A stretch of 64,000 nucleotides of DNA, from positions 70,750,189 to 70,814,188 of the forward strand of contig NC_068990.1 in assembly GCF_001194135.2 (NCBI RefSeq). The letters are read 5' to 3'. Below, one piece after another: positions 1 through 12,336 of the stretch. This DNA comes from Octopus bimaculoides. Lineage: Eukaryota. The notes under the pieces are model-generated. The model did not search any database. It saw nothing but the letters and a program-made list of their open reading frames with translations, and had not been told where the DNA came from. A program made the translations under genes and the position numbers. The first letter of the stretch is position 1; the number at the start of each line of letters is the position of its first letter.

Positions 1-63
<63 letters not shown>

Positions 64-67
64 TATT

Positions 68-101
<34 letters not shown>

Positions 102-135
102 CCCACACACATATTTATATATATATTTACATATA
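1..135. repeat. (TA)n microsatellite
   Basis: Directly visible. Confidence 0.98.
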
Positions 136-1073
136 AGGAGAGTATTTTCAATCCATTGTATAATGAGCAACGTAAACATACATGCGCAAAGTAAACTTGC
201 AATTAAAAATAATACATTGCAAAATCCTACTTTGAATGTCCATAGAAGCTGTCTATATAAATAATAATATAAAAGCAGTAGAGTGGTAATAATGGTAGAG
301 TTTCTGCCAGACTACATGCCTTCAATATTTAGTTTCAGAGTTCAAATCAGCTTGAGCCCACTTTGTCTTTCATCCCTCTTGAGGAGGAAAACTGTTAACC
401 TAGGTTTGATTTAATCAACTACGTCCCTTTCCCTTGAAATTGGTAACCACTAGTTGAATGTAAGAGATTAATCTTTCTAATTAAGGAAATATATTTAATT
501 GAATTAATTGGTTGTATATAAGTGATATTTATTTAATTAAGCCTTTATGGCTAAAAGACAAAGTGACTCAGGCAGATTTAAGAACCAATACTGGAAAGAG
601 TCAAACTTTACTAAACACTACAGTGCATTCAGTCCACTGCTCCACTGTTATTGCCAACTAACAACCATTGGCAACAATTGGTTAAATGATTTCATCAACA
701 AAGAATTATTTTACTATTCCAATTAATCCTCTAGTCTGGGGAACCATTATTTAATCAGCTACACAGCCTAAACTTTATTTACACAAAAATACAAGCATTT
801 ATAACATAGTGGCTAAATAACTTAACAGCAAGATGTGTAAAGAGGAATCACTGAATTAGGAAAATGTTCTTATAACATATCATAGAAATGATTAATTCTG
901 GTCATTTTTATTTAGGCTTGACGTTCCTATATGGTTAGAGTGAGGAGATATATTTAGAATTTACTTGTAAAACGAAACTCAAAATAAAAATCACTAAATC
1001 TTAAATACATTTGTTTTCAAAACTAGAACCAACACATGTTAAAATGTAAATAACAGAATATTAAAAAAAAAAA

Positions 1074-1110
<37 letters not shown>

Positions 1111-1116
1111 GATACG

Positions 1117-1456
1117 TCTTTTATCTTTTACTTGTTTCAGTCATTATACTGTGATCATGCAGGGGTACCGCCATGAAGAATTTTTAGTCGAATGAATCAA
1201 CCCATTACTTATTTTTTTAAGCCTGGTACTTATTCTATTGGTCTTTTTTGCTGAACCACTAAGTTATGGGGACACAAAAACACTAACACCAGTTGTCACG
1301 TGGTGATGGGGGAATTGAGACACAGTGGGCTTACAGTTTTCATCTACCAAATTCACTCAAAAGGATTTGGTCTACAGTAGAGGACATTTGCTCAAGGCAC
1401 TACACAGTAGAACCATGTAGTTGGGAAGCAAACTTCTTACCACACAGCCATGCCTG
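1117..1456 (-). mobile_element. tRNA-derived SINE, family A (tRNA-like head plus tail ending ...gaaacaagtaaaaga)
   Basis: Minus strand: TGGCTGTGTGG A-box-like head, GGTTC B-box-like segment, then the shared tail. Homologous to the 28871-29252 copy. Confidence 0.8.
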
Positions 1457-1490
1457 ACCTCTCTCTCCCCATATATATATATATAAATAT

Positions 1491-2095
1491 CTTCATAATT
1501 GTCATTGATTAATGTTCATGTTTCATGCTGGCATGGGTTGGACAGTTTGACAGGATAAGATGGATCCAAGGACTGCATTGTACTCCAGTGTTTACTGGTT
1601 TCTATGGCTGGATATCCTTCCTAATGCCAACCATTTTACAGCATGTATTGGGTGTTTATTTCATGCCACCAATACTAATGAAGTTATCATGCAGCTTACA
1701 AGACAATGAACCCTCAGATGGGTAAGGGTCAGCTTTATGCTGGAAGATGAGTAGGAGAGGAAGGGATAAAGCATATTCTTGTTGTAGAGAGCTACATGGT
1801 TGCTCCCATAAGATAAATAGTGGTGGTTAGGTGTTCAGGTGGCCTCTTAAGGTAAGAGAAGAGTAGAAGGGAGTGGGAACAGGGGAACTAGAAGTGAGAG
1901 TTGGGTGTTTCCAAGAGCATATGGGGGTGATGAAAACAAGGAGACGGTGGATGCAGGGAATGATGGATAAAGGAGTAGGGGATAACTGGAAGTAAAGGTA
2001 TGGGGGATGATTATATAATGCATCAATTGTGAAAGGTAGAGGGATGCAGAAGAGAGTGAGAAAGGGGAGCAGCAGGATAGCAATGATGATACAGT
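1491..2095 (-). mobile_element. Decayed retroposon: pyrimidine-rich body plus shared tail ccaacccatgccagcatg...(GAT)n
   Basis: The tail matches many other copies in the window. Similar bodies lie at 17260-17830, 42620-43228, 49030-49720 and 58930-59655. Confidence 0.55.
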
Positions 2096-2127
2096 TGACT
2101 GCATGCATTTGTGTATGTGTGTGTGTA

Positions 2128-2168
<41 letters not shown>

Positions 2169-3874
2169 TCACACACACACACACATATACATGCATTCAC
2201 CCTCCATATTTTTAAGCAGTCATGGTCAGGTTTTTGGGAACTGACGATACGCCATACATCTAAACCCTTAATGGACAGGAAACTTAACGTAATTCCATAA
2301 ACCAGCCTTCCCTGTTTATACACATATGTACAGACATGCACATACATACATACATATCATCATCTTCATTTTAACTTCCACTTTTCCATACTCACATAGG
2401 TTGAACAGAGTTTGTTGAGGCAGATTTTCTACAATCAAATGTCTTCCTCTAGTCAATCCTCACCTATTTCCAAGTAAGGTAATATCTCCATATGGCCAGA
2501 CTTGCTTTCACAGCAAATTGGAAACAAAAGATGTTGTTTGTATGGCAGTGACATTCATTTACAGTTAGCCTTTGATGTAAAGACAAGGAGACACTAACAC
2601 ACACATCCATGCACACTGACACACATTCACACATATATATTTATGTATAACAGGATTTTTTCAGTCATTGTCTACCAGATCTACTCATGAAGCTTCAGTC
2701 AGCACAGAGCTACAATAGAAGTCACTTGCTCAAAGTAACACACACACACACACACAGTATCTCCTTATTAGTTAATCTGACAATTCATTAATGAATAAAG
2801 AACAGACTCCTACTATAGTTAAATATTAGTAGTTACAAAAGTTATAACATTTGGAACTGAAAAAAGCAAGTAAACACTGTGCATATTGGTTCAACCATTT
2901 AAGTCTAGAGGAGCCAAACTGTGGTGCATAAGGGTAGAACTTTTTTTTCATAAAGGGTGACAGTTTAAATACTCAAAGAGTTTAACTTTAGTTCAAGAAG
3001 TAAATACTGTATTCTAGTAGACAAATCTAAGATTTCAAGAAAAATAATCATTAAAAGTTTGATTTCAACTATTGACTAAAAGGATACATACATAATGAAG
3101 AATCTAAATTAAAAAATGACCTTGTTTTATTAAGAAGATAAATAACTTATTGCTTAATGTTGCATTTAAACACGCTGTCATATGCTATATACATGCACAC
3201 TATACTTATATGCACATACATTCATCTATTTGAGATCTTAAATACCATTTATAATTATATAAAATATAGACTTGCTAGAAAGTTATGAAATTGTATGCTA
3301 GCAACTAAGAATCATACATTATTTATAGAAATAACTGTTAAATGGATGAATTTACATTGAGATAATGATGGTAGGTAGACAATCTATACTGAGAGAATAG
3401 AACTTCTTCAAAGTAACATTTTAAATGAATGCATATCTATTTCCCAAGAGTTTGTCTGCAATTAGATATGATCCAATATTTATTATCATATATATATATG
3501 CACATAATACACACTGCAACAATAGAATACTTAATTGTTGAAGATAATTTTACCAACAAATATGTTATTTTCAATATATAAATAAACCATAGATATTTTA
3601 AAATTATTTCATAATTTTAACTAATATGTTGGAAAGAAATTATGCCTTATCCTCAATCGTAAGCCCATTTGTTATATTTCTACCAGAAACAAAGAATAAA
3701 CTTCAAAAATGACTATCTATTTAAAACATAAATCTACAAGATATCAACATAGAATAAGAAAATACTTCTAATTTTCACTTCTTTTTGTGTTTGTTATATA
3801 AACTATACAAGGTATCTTGGTAAAAACTATAAACTGTCTTTATAGATTCTGAGGGAATCATCGTTGTCATATTG

Positions 3875-3911
<37 letters not shown>

Positions 3912-5664
3912 CCAAATTATAACATCTATTCCAACACATGATTTCAAAACAAAATTATTTGCCAAACATATAGAAGAAAAAGAAAAAAAAAACAATAAAA
4001 AAAAGAAAATATAAACAGTTATTTGTGAAAAGGGTTAGCATATGAAATAAAAGTATGAATGGATAAAGGAAACAAAACTGAAAATTGTTTTAGGCCTGTT
4101 TTCATCTATGCTTCATTCAAAACATTAATGCATGCCAAACACTACCCTTATGCTTTAAATGAATTATCATTGATTTGAAACTGATAAAGAAATTTCTAAT
4201 TGTTTAGAAATTACAGATAAAAGAAATAATATTGACTGCAAATCTCTTAACCTGTACACATCTGAAGAAGACTTTCTGAAAGTTAATTTGGATGATTTTG
4301 TAACAAATACATTCAGAGAAATATAAAGTTAAATGATGAAGAAAGCATAGACATATCTTTCACAAGCAGAAAACATGGACATCATGCAAAGTTTACTATA
4401 TACATGCAGTACACTTCTATCAGCTAGACAATGTATATTCTTTTAATTACCAGCTGCAAAGGCCAACACGGTGTTCAAACAAAACACAAAATTTTTAATT
4501 TATACTAGAAACTATTAAAGCCAACACGAATCTCAGCTAGAATTATGGATATAATTTTAGTGTTACTATATTTAAATTAGATTTATCTTTTTCTAAATTA
4601 CCATTAAGCATAAATACCATTAAGCACAAATATCATTAATTTATTTTAGATTGTAAAAGTGTATTATATTTAATTTTAAATTCAGCCAACACCCTCATAA
4701 TTTTATGGTGATGCTATAATTTTCACAAGTTAGTCCCTTCTGCATAGACTTATTAATCCTCATTTCATTTCTAATACTTGTGTCTATGTTACCACTTCTT
4801 TCTATATTGAAAGAGACGGCAATTGAAAGTATGTAATTTTTTATCTTTGAAAGTAAAAAATTCTGATAAAAAGTTTTGACTGCTTAAATTGTATGCACAA
4901 AATATAAAATAAGTTTTAACACTTCCAATAAACAGTATCATAGGAATTGGTATTCTATCAATAGTCTGCTTTGTTATAAATAAAATTAAACACTTCTGAC
5001 AGCTGTCTTTCCTAATAGGAAAAAATAATCAAGGAGATAGATTCTTATTTTCTTTGCATTTCTAAATAAACTGTATAATATTAATAATTTTTTTATTAAC
5101 TTCAAGGCCCCAGTAACATGTATAATTATTCTACAGCTTATATAAAATCAATGCTATTTATTTTAGACAAGCAACTAGTTTTTATCTAAATTTAAGTTGC
5201 TTTTATACTCAGACATTAACAGTCTTACAACAAACATTATAAAAAAATACACAGAATATATTAATCTTCTTTTTAAATCATCAGCTTATATTAAGTAAAT
5301 ATTTCCATACTTTAGGCAAAAGAATGTTTTAAACAAATTGACAGTCAATTTGTCATCAAAGGAAGGTGACATTTTCTGTATTCATCACCATTTGAATGTT
5401 CACATTTTAATGCTCACATGGGTAGGACAGAATTTTGTCGAGATGGATTTTCCACAGCCAGATACCCTTCTTGTCACCAACCCACACCTGTTTCCAAGTA
5501 AAGTTACATTACCCCATAACATAAGGTTATATTACCTCATAACAAGGCATTTTTCACAGGTTGGAAATGAACAACACTACTTGCATGACGGTGACATTCA
5601 CTGACAACTATCATGGGATATCAAGGTAGGGAGACAACACACACACACATAATAAACACACTGG

Positions 5665-5790
5665 ATTTCATTCAGTTTCCATCTAAGAAATCCACTTACA
5701 AGGCTTTAATTGGCCCAGGGCTAAAGTAGAAGACACTTACCCAAGGTGCCAGTGGAACTGAACCTGGAACCATGTAGTTTAGAAGTAAAC
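5665..5790 (-). mobile_element. SINE family A head fragment
   Basis: ttcagtttccatct...aaggctttaattggcccagggcta...gaagacacttacccaaggtgcc...gaaccatgt, as in the other family A copies (also 2655-2735, 17185-17265, 18148-18300, 32090-32235). Confidence 0.75.
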
Positions 5791-5819
5791 TACATGTACA
5801 CTTACTAAGAAATGCTCTA

Positions 5820-6038
5820 CAAAGAGGTGCTGAAAAGTTCCTGACTTTGGGTAAAAGAAAATACAGGAGTATCAGTTAATTATGATTTTATTCAACATAT
5901 TCCACTCTCAGATTCACACACTTATTACAGCAGTCCTTCAGTTTTTCTAAGCCCTGTACAAGAACTTGGAAGGTTGGGCCTCCAACCAAGCCTTTCACAA
6001 TATCCTTAAAGCCAGGAACTTTTCAGCATCCCCTTCAT
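5820..6038. mobile_element. Tc1/mariner-type MITE (~220 bp)
   Basis: Terminal inverted repeats gtgctgaaaagttcctgacttt and aaagccaggaacttttcagcatc, with no coding capacity between them. Confidence 0.8.
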
Positions 6039-6309
6039 CATATGTGAAAAGTGTAAGTGTAGAACTATTGACATAAAAATTAATTAAAAAAACCTATAAT
6101 GAATAATGCATTTTTACTTTCAATAAGTTACGTCTATTCTCTAAGACCTCAGTCTAACTAATTAGATAGTTTCCATTAATTAATACATGCAAATATTGGG
6201 ATTTCACAACCATTCAACCTCTACAAAAACAAAAACTGAGTATAACAAAATATCTTAGATTATGGAAAATAAAATGACTTCCAAGTGAGCAAAAGAAAAC
6301 ATGTTAATT

Positions 6310-6348
<39 letters not shown>

Positions 6349-7028
6349 TTCCATGTAGCCAAGTAGTATATTCTTAGTTATGGCACATAACTGGTCAGAA
6401 ATTTATCGTTGGTCTCATGTCTACTATTGCATTCAGAAACATCATACAAAATTAACTCTAAGCTGCTGGAACAATATGGACAATACCTAATGGAAGCAGA
6501 TGGTGCAAATTTTACTAAGACAAGAGGACACTGATTCTAAGTAAATCACATGATCTGGATGCCTTCTTGAATTCAGAAAGAGAAAATTTTAGCTGCAGCC
6601 CTCATGACAGAAAATACATTTTGCAAATTTGGTCTTCCCTGCCTATGGACTAGAGAATAAAAAAAGTGTACATAAACACAGCTGATCAACTTTGGCCACA
6701 GCTGGAATCGAACAAGGGTTGGTAACTCTTCTTTCCCTCTCAGAAAAGGGTGTTTTTCTTTTTCTTTTTCACCACCAAACTGACCAAAACTGCATATTCA
6801 TTTCCCTTCATCAGTAAAGAGGGTATGTGCTTCCACCTAGCATGTCTAATGAGTTGACTATGTTGCCAAGTGCAATAGTAGATGTGAAACCAATGGTAAC
6901 TTTCTAACTGGTTATAAACCATAAACAAGAATATATTACTAACTACTTATAACTGCTCAAAATTTCTTTTAAAGTGTGATTTTTTCTGATTTTTGGACAA
7001 CTGATCATTATATATAAGTATATATGGT

Positions 7029-7061
<33 letters not shown>

Positions 7062-7193
7062 NNNNNNNNNNNNNNNNNNNNNNNNNNNNNNNNNNNNNNN
7101 NNNNNNNNNNNNNNNNNNNNNNNNNNNNNNNNNNNNNNNNNNNNNNNNNNNNNNNNNNNNNNNNNNNNNNNNNNNNNNNNNNNNNNNNNNNNN
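7062..7193. other. Assembly gap (N-run)
   Basis: Run of N. Others lie at 22353-22680, 29253-29663 and 36021-36183; each abuts a (TA)n tract or a repeat. Confidence 0.99.
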
Positions 7194-7954
7194 TATATAT
7201 ACATATTGGAAAGGAACAGGTATTAAAGGAAAGGCATCTCAACATTTGCAGTTAGATTTTCAGTTCATTTTGTGAAAATTGTTAAATGTGTACAAAGAAT
7301 GTATTATAATCAATTCTAAAGTCACCAAAGGTTTACCTCAAGGAAACCTTTGCACCCCACACATTTAAAAGTGGTATTTCTAATTATAAGAGTGTTTTTC
7401 TTTGTTTTTGTGTTTTTTTCCTTTTTGATATGCACCAATTTTGCTATTGTTCTATTGAACACATTAGAGTCATTTAGTTTCGGTGTTGTATATAAAGTAC
7501 TCTTGGTTTGTGACTTTCTATAGTTAAGGTTGAAGGAACTGATATTTAAGCCTTCCAAGCCCACAATCTAGCAGTTTTTTTTTACTCACAGACAATATAA
7601 TTGATAGAATACTAACTCATAAGGCTGAAGTTGTTTTACAATGTTGTCTGAATATATAAAAATAAAGACAAAACTGAATACAAGCAACATGTACTGTGAG
7701 ACATCATTATTCAGCAAACACTCTAGTTTTTGTAAATAGAACAGTTGTAATATTTGTGATTCTATAACTGTTACTGTAGGTACACTTCATTAAGAGCCTC
7801 CAGTAGCCTGTAAATTACTTACAGTTAAGCCTATATAGATTTATAGTAATATATCATATTTATACAATAGTTAATAGAAAAAAAACCAACCCTTGTCTTA
7901 TTTCAAGTCATTTAAAGAAACCAAAAGAAATTTATCAAAAGAATAATAATAATA

Positions 7955-8155
7955 ATAATAATGGTTTCAACTGTTAGCACAATGCCAGCAATTTTAATGG
8001 GAGAGGGAGAGTTGATTATACCAGCATCTGTAGCACTTATTTTATCAAGCCCAAAAGGATGAAAGGCAAAGTCTGTGTCCGTGGATTTGGATTCAGATTA
8101 CAAAGAGCCAGAAGAAATGCCACAGCACTCTAATAATTCTGCCAGATGCTGCCTT
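7955..8155 (-). mobile_element. tRNA-derived SINE, family B ((TAA/ATT)n-tailed)
   Basis: Minus strand: ggcagaattattagagtgctgtggcattt...ctttgcctttcatcc..., homologous to the copies at 16737, 53392, 53703, 58470 and 58706. Confidence 0.7.
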
Positions 8156-8156
8156 A

Positions 8157-8217
<61 letters not shown>

Positions 8218-8225
8218 TAATAATA

Positions 8226-11200
8226 GCAAAGCTAGAAAGTAGTCGTGGAGTAGGTCAACGTACCTTGAAATTTTGGATGGAAAAGGACATGTGTCCAATG
8301 TCAGAAAATAAACTAACGAACCAAGTGAGAGTAATTAGGAGGAAGGGTTACTTAACTGGAGCAGAAATAACTTGGATTAGTGAGAGTCTGAGAGACCCTG
8401 CGGATGGGTTACAAAGGATGGTTGGAGTTGCAAACAGAGAGGTAGGAGTTGAAAACAGGGAGAAGAGTAGACAGGAGGAACAGGGGAATGGTGATAGGGC
8501 TGTTAAGGATGAGGAACAAGAATGTTATACAGTGAACCCTGATAGTGTGGTGGGTGGACATGCAGGGGAAATGAATCAACTAGATAATGAATTGCTTGAA
8601 ATTCAAAGATGACTCACTGATTTGATGAATGCTCCAAAATAAAAAATCCCCATGAATATGAGAAGGATAGATAAGAGTATGATAGATAAAGTAACACAAA
8701 AGATAAATACTGTCATACCATACATCCAGATGGAGGACATAACACAAACAAGGAATCTTCTCTAAGCTATTGTGCTACTTGTTGAGGAGGAGAACAAAAA
8801 ATGATGGAGCAAAAGAACCATGGTGGAAACGACGCAGAGAAAGGGACATTATGTGGGCAAGGCAAGAGATAGGAAAATTTGAGCAATAGTTAAGAGGAAA
8901 CTGGAAAAATGGGAAAAAGATCGACCAAGTAAAATTAGAGAAGAAATATAAAATACGGAAGAACGGGTTTGATGCAGTAATAGAGTAGTTAAAATAGTAG
9001 ATCATGGCAAAAAGCCAGAAGATGAGAAGATTTGTGAACAGAAAGAAGCAGTTCGAGCAGAACAGATTGTTCAAAAATAACCCAAAGCAATTCTTTCGAA
9101 CGTTAGAAGGAGACAATAGGGAAAATGTTGCTCCTGATGCAAATCAAGCTAAGAAGTTCTGGAGCGGATTATGGGGAAACAATGTGGTGCTTAAAGGGAT
9201 GCAATGTGGATAGGAACTATCAACACAGAATTACAAGGAGGAAAGAAACATAGTAATATTGTCATAAGCACGGGTAATGTGAAAGAACAAGTGGGTAAAG
9301 TGTCTAACTGGAAAGCCCCCAGACCAGATGGGATTTATAAATTCTGGCTGAAGAGATGCCACGTGGTGTATGAAAGACTAGCAGCTCAACTGAATGAGTG
9401 TGTCCAGAAAGGTACAGTCCCTGTGTGGATGGTGACTGGGAGGATAACACTTATAATGAAAGATAGAAGAAAGGGGAATATTGTGGGGGGAAACTACCGT
9501 CCTATAGTATGCTTAAACATAATCTGGAAGATACTCACTGGAATATGAATGGCAAAGACATACCCTTTCCTGACACAGGAAGAAATACTACCAAGGGAAC
9601 AAAAAGGATGTAGGAAGAGTTCTTAGGATACCAAGGATCACCTAGTCATTGATAAAGCAGCTTTGAGGCATTGTAAAAAACATCATACAAACATGTCTAT
9701 GGCTTGGATTGACTTTAAGAAGGCATATGATATGATGCCTCATTCTTAGATCATTGAATACCTGCAGATGTTTGATGTTGCTGACAACATCACAAATTTT
9801 CTGATGCATAGCATGAAAGAGTGGAAAACCAAATTGTACTCAGGTAATGTATTCTTTGGAGAAGTTAATATTAAAAGGGTATCTTCCAAGGTAACTCGTT
9901 TTCTCCATTACTTTTTGTAATTTCCCTAATACCCATAACAATGACACTTAGGAAAGTTAAGATGGGTTACTGATGTGGGAATAAAGGCCCATCATTGAAC
10001 CAGCTTCTGCTTATGGATGACCTGAAATTGTTTGAGAAATCTGAAAAACAGATAGATTCTTTAAGCAAAACAGTCCAGAAGTATGGTAGGGACATCGGTA
10101 TGAAATTTGGGATTACCAAATGCTCAGTACTTAATATGAAAAGAGGGAAGAAAGCATCCTGCAGAGGACTGTGGTTACCATCAGGAGAGGCCATGGGTGG
10201 ACCTGGCGGTAGTGGGTGTAGATATTTAGGGATTTTGAAGCTGGATGACATTCTACACAGAGAAATATAAGTCAAGATCAGCGAGGCGTATCAAAAAAGG
10301 GTGAAGATAGTGTTGAAATCCAACCTCAAATTTGATTACTGCAATGAATATCTGGGCAGTTGCAGTGGTCAGATATAGTGTGTTCATCGTCAAATGGACT
10401 AAGGAGGAAACATGAACACTGGATAGAAGGACGAGAAAGTTGATGATGTTGCATGGAGTGTTACACTCTAAAGCAAACATAAACAATTTGTATATGAAAA
10501 GTAAGACTGGTGGCAGAGGACTAACTAGTATAAACCATTGCAAAAGGAGTGAAAGGAGAATGCTTGCTACAATAGGCCATGAAAGATATGGGTGTAAATG
10601 CAGATGAAATGATGGGCAAGGAAGAATTTAATCAAAGAACTGAAGAGAAGAGAAATGAAGACCTTCTTGAAATGAGAATGCATGGACAGTTTGAAAGAAA
10701 TATACAAGACATTAAGGATGATACAGCATCATGGGCATGGCTTGAGCGAGGTGATTTGAAGCATACCACTGAAAGCCTGATCATTGCTGCACAAGACCAG
10801 GCTCTCACTACCAATTCAGTGAAGTATAACATCTATAAAACTTTTGACACCCAGAAATGCAGACTCTGTGGAAAGAGTGTGGAAAATGTGACCCACATTT
10901 TGTAAGTGGATGTGAGAGCCTTGCACAAAAAGAATACAAGCATTACCACAATAAAGTGTGTGTGTATCTTCATTGGCTCTTATGCTGTAAATACCAATAT
11001 GAAGTAACAGAAAACTGGTATGAGCATGTACCAAGTAAAGCTATGCAGGAGGATGGAAAAGTAACAATACTCTGGGACTATGATTTTCAGATGGATCGTG
11101 TAGTCAGACACCGTTTGTCAGATATTGTCATATTGAATAAGAGAGACAAATACTGTCAGATCATTGATATAGCCATACTGAATGACATGAATGTTGTGAG

Positions 11201-11506
11201 TAAAGAGGTTGAAAAAATCACCAAGTACTTAGAACTGAAAGTAGAAATGGCAACACTGTATGGAATACGAGAGAGTAATGTAAAAGTGATACCAGTGGTG
11301 ATCGGAGTGCTGGGCTCAATCCCATTGAAACTTCAAAACTTCTTAAGGCAACTGGAAATTTCATGCAAGATTGATGTCTTGCAAAAAGCAGCCTTATTGG
11401 GCACAGCGCATATCTTAAGGAGAGTATTATCTGTCTGAAGTCCTTGTAACTTGACAGATGACTAAAGACTCCGGTGCATTTTTACCTACACTGTGTTACG
11501 AAGGAG
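8226..11506 (+). mobile_element. R4/Dong-clade non-LTR retrotransposon, near full length, decayed (RT + CCHC + RLE endonuclease)
   Basis: [37 protein letters not shown]...THIL.SGC, LWDY, IIDIA, EKITKY and LQKAALLGTAHILRRVLSV* are split by stops and frameshifts. (TAA)n flanks both sides. Confidence 0.93.
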
Positions 11507-11542
<36 letters not shown>

Positions 11543-11545
<3 letters not shown>

Positions 11546-11770
11546 TGTATCCCAGTAGTTATAGGTGCATTAGGAACTATCCCTGAAGATTTGAACGAAC
11601 GGATAGAAGAAATAGGCATAAAACCCGGTTTAGTACAGCTCCAGAAAACAGTGTTATTAGGGACAGCTAGGATACTTAGGAAGGTTCTTGGCATCTAAGG
11701 TTACTTGTAGCCCAGTGTTAAGATTTGTTTTCATTTCCAACAGTCTAATCTGTTGTGTGCATATGAAAAT
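11543..11770 (+). mobile_element. 3' fragment of a second R4/Dong-like family
   Basis: IPVVIGALGTIPEDLNERIEEIGIKPGLVQLQKTVLLGTARILRKVLGI* is open, followed by a different 3' UTR and a (TAA)n tail. Confidence 0.85.
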
Positions 11771-11777
11771 AATAATA

Positions 11778-11995
11778 ATAACGACAACACTTTCTAACTT
11801 TGGCCTCAAATCTACAGTTTTGAGAGAAGAGGGAAGTCAATTAAATTAACCCAGTGCTCAACAGTTACTTATTTTATGTCCCACCCCCACCCCCCAAGAT
11901 GACAAGCAAAGACGATTTTGGCAGCATTAGAACTCAGAACATAAAGCGTTGAAAGAAATGCTGCAAAGCATTTTCCCCCACAGTTCTGTCAGCTC
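11778..11995 (-). mobile_element. SINE family B copy
   Basis: Matches the family B consensus (…acccagtgctcaac...acttattttat...agaactcagaac...). Confidence 0.65.
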
Positions 11996-12010
11996 ACATT
12001 CTTCTTCTTC

Positions 12011-12057
<47 letters not shown>

Positions 12058-12292
12058 TATTATTATTATTATTATTAAATTTAAAAAAATTTAACTTAGA
12101 AGAAATGAACAATGAATTGTCATTGGCAGAGATAATTACAAACACTAAATGTTATTAAAAATAGAATTTATAAACAAAACAAAATAATACTTTAATGGTT
12201 ATATGAGAGATTTACATTTGTCTTAACTTAATGGCAACAAATGGAAACGAACATTGTAAATAGTTTTACTAACAAAAATACAGAAAGCAAGC

Positions 12293-12336
<44 letters not shown>

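Noticed and set aside
4450-4452. Possible 3-nt microexon (tttgcag|CTG|gtaatt) on the minus strand
   Set aside because: Cannot be told from chance without RNA-seq.
6690-6725. Isolated B-box-like GTTCGATTCC on the minus strand
   Set aside because: No A-box at suitable spacing and no cloverleaf; not a tRNA gene.
7322-7564. 80-aa minus-strand ORF with a GAG|gtaaac donor-like end
   Set aside because: The acceptor is preceded by poly-A rather than pyrimidines, the peptide is unrecognisable, and the K/N/T bias fits AT-rich background.
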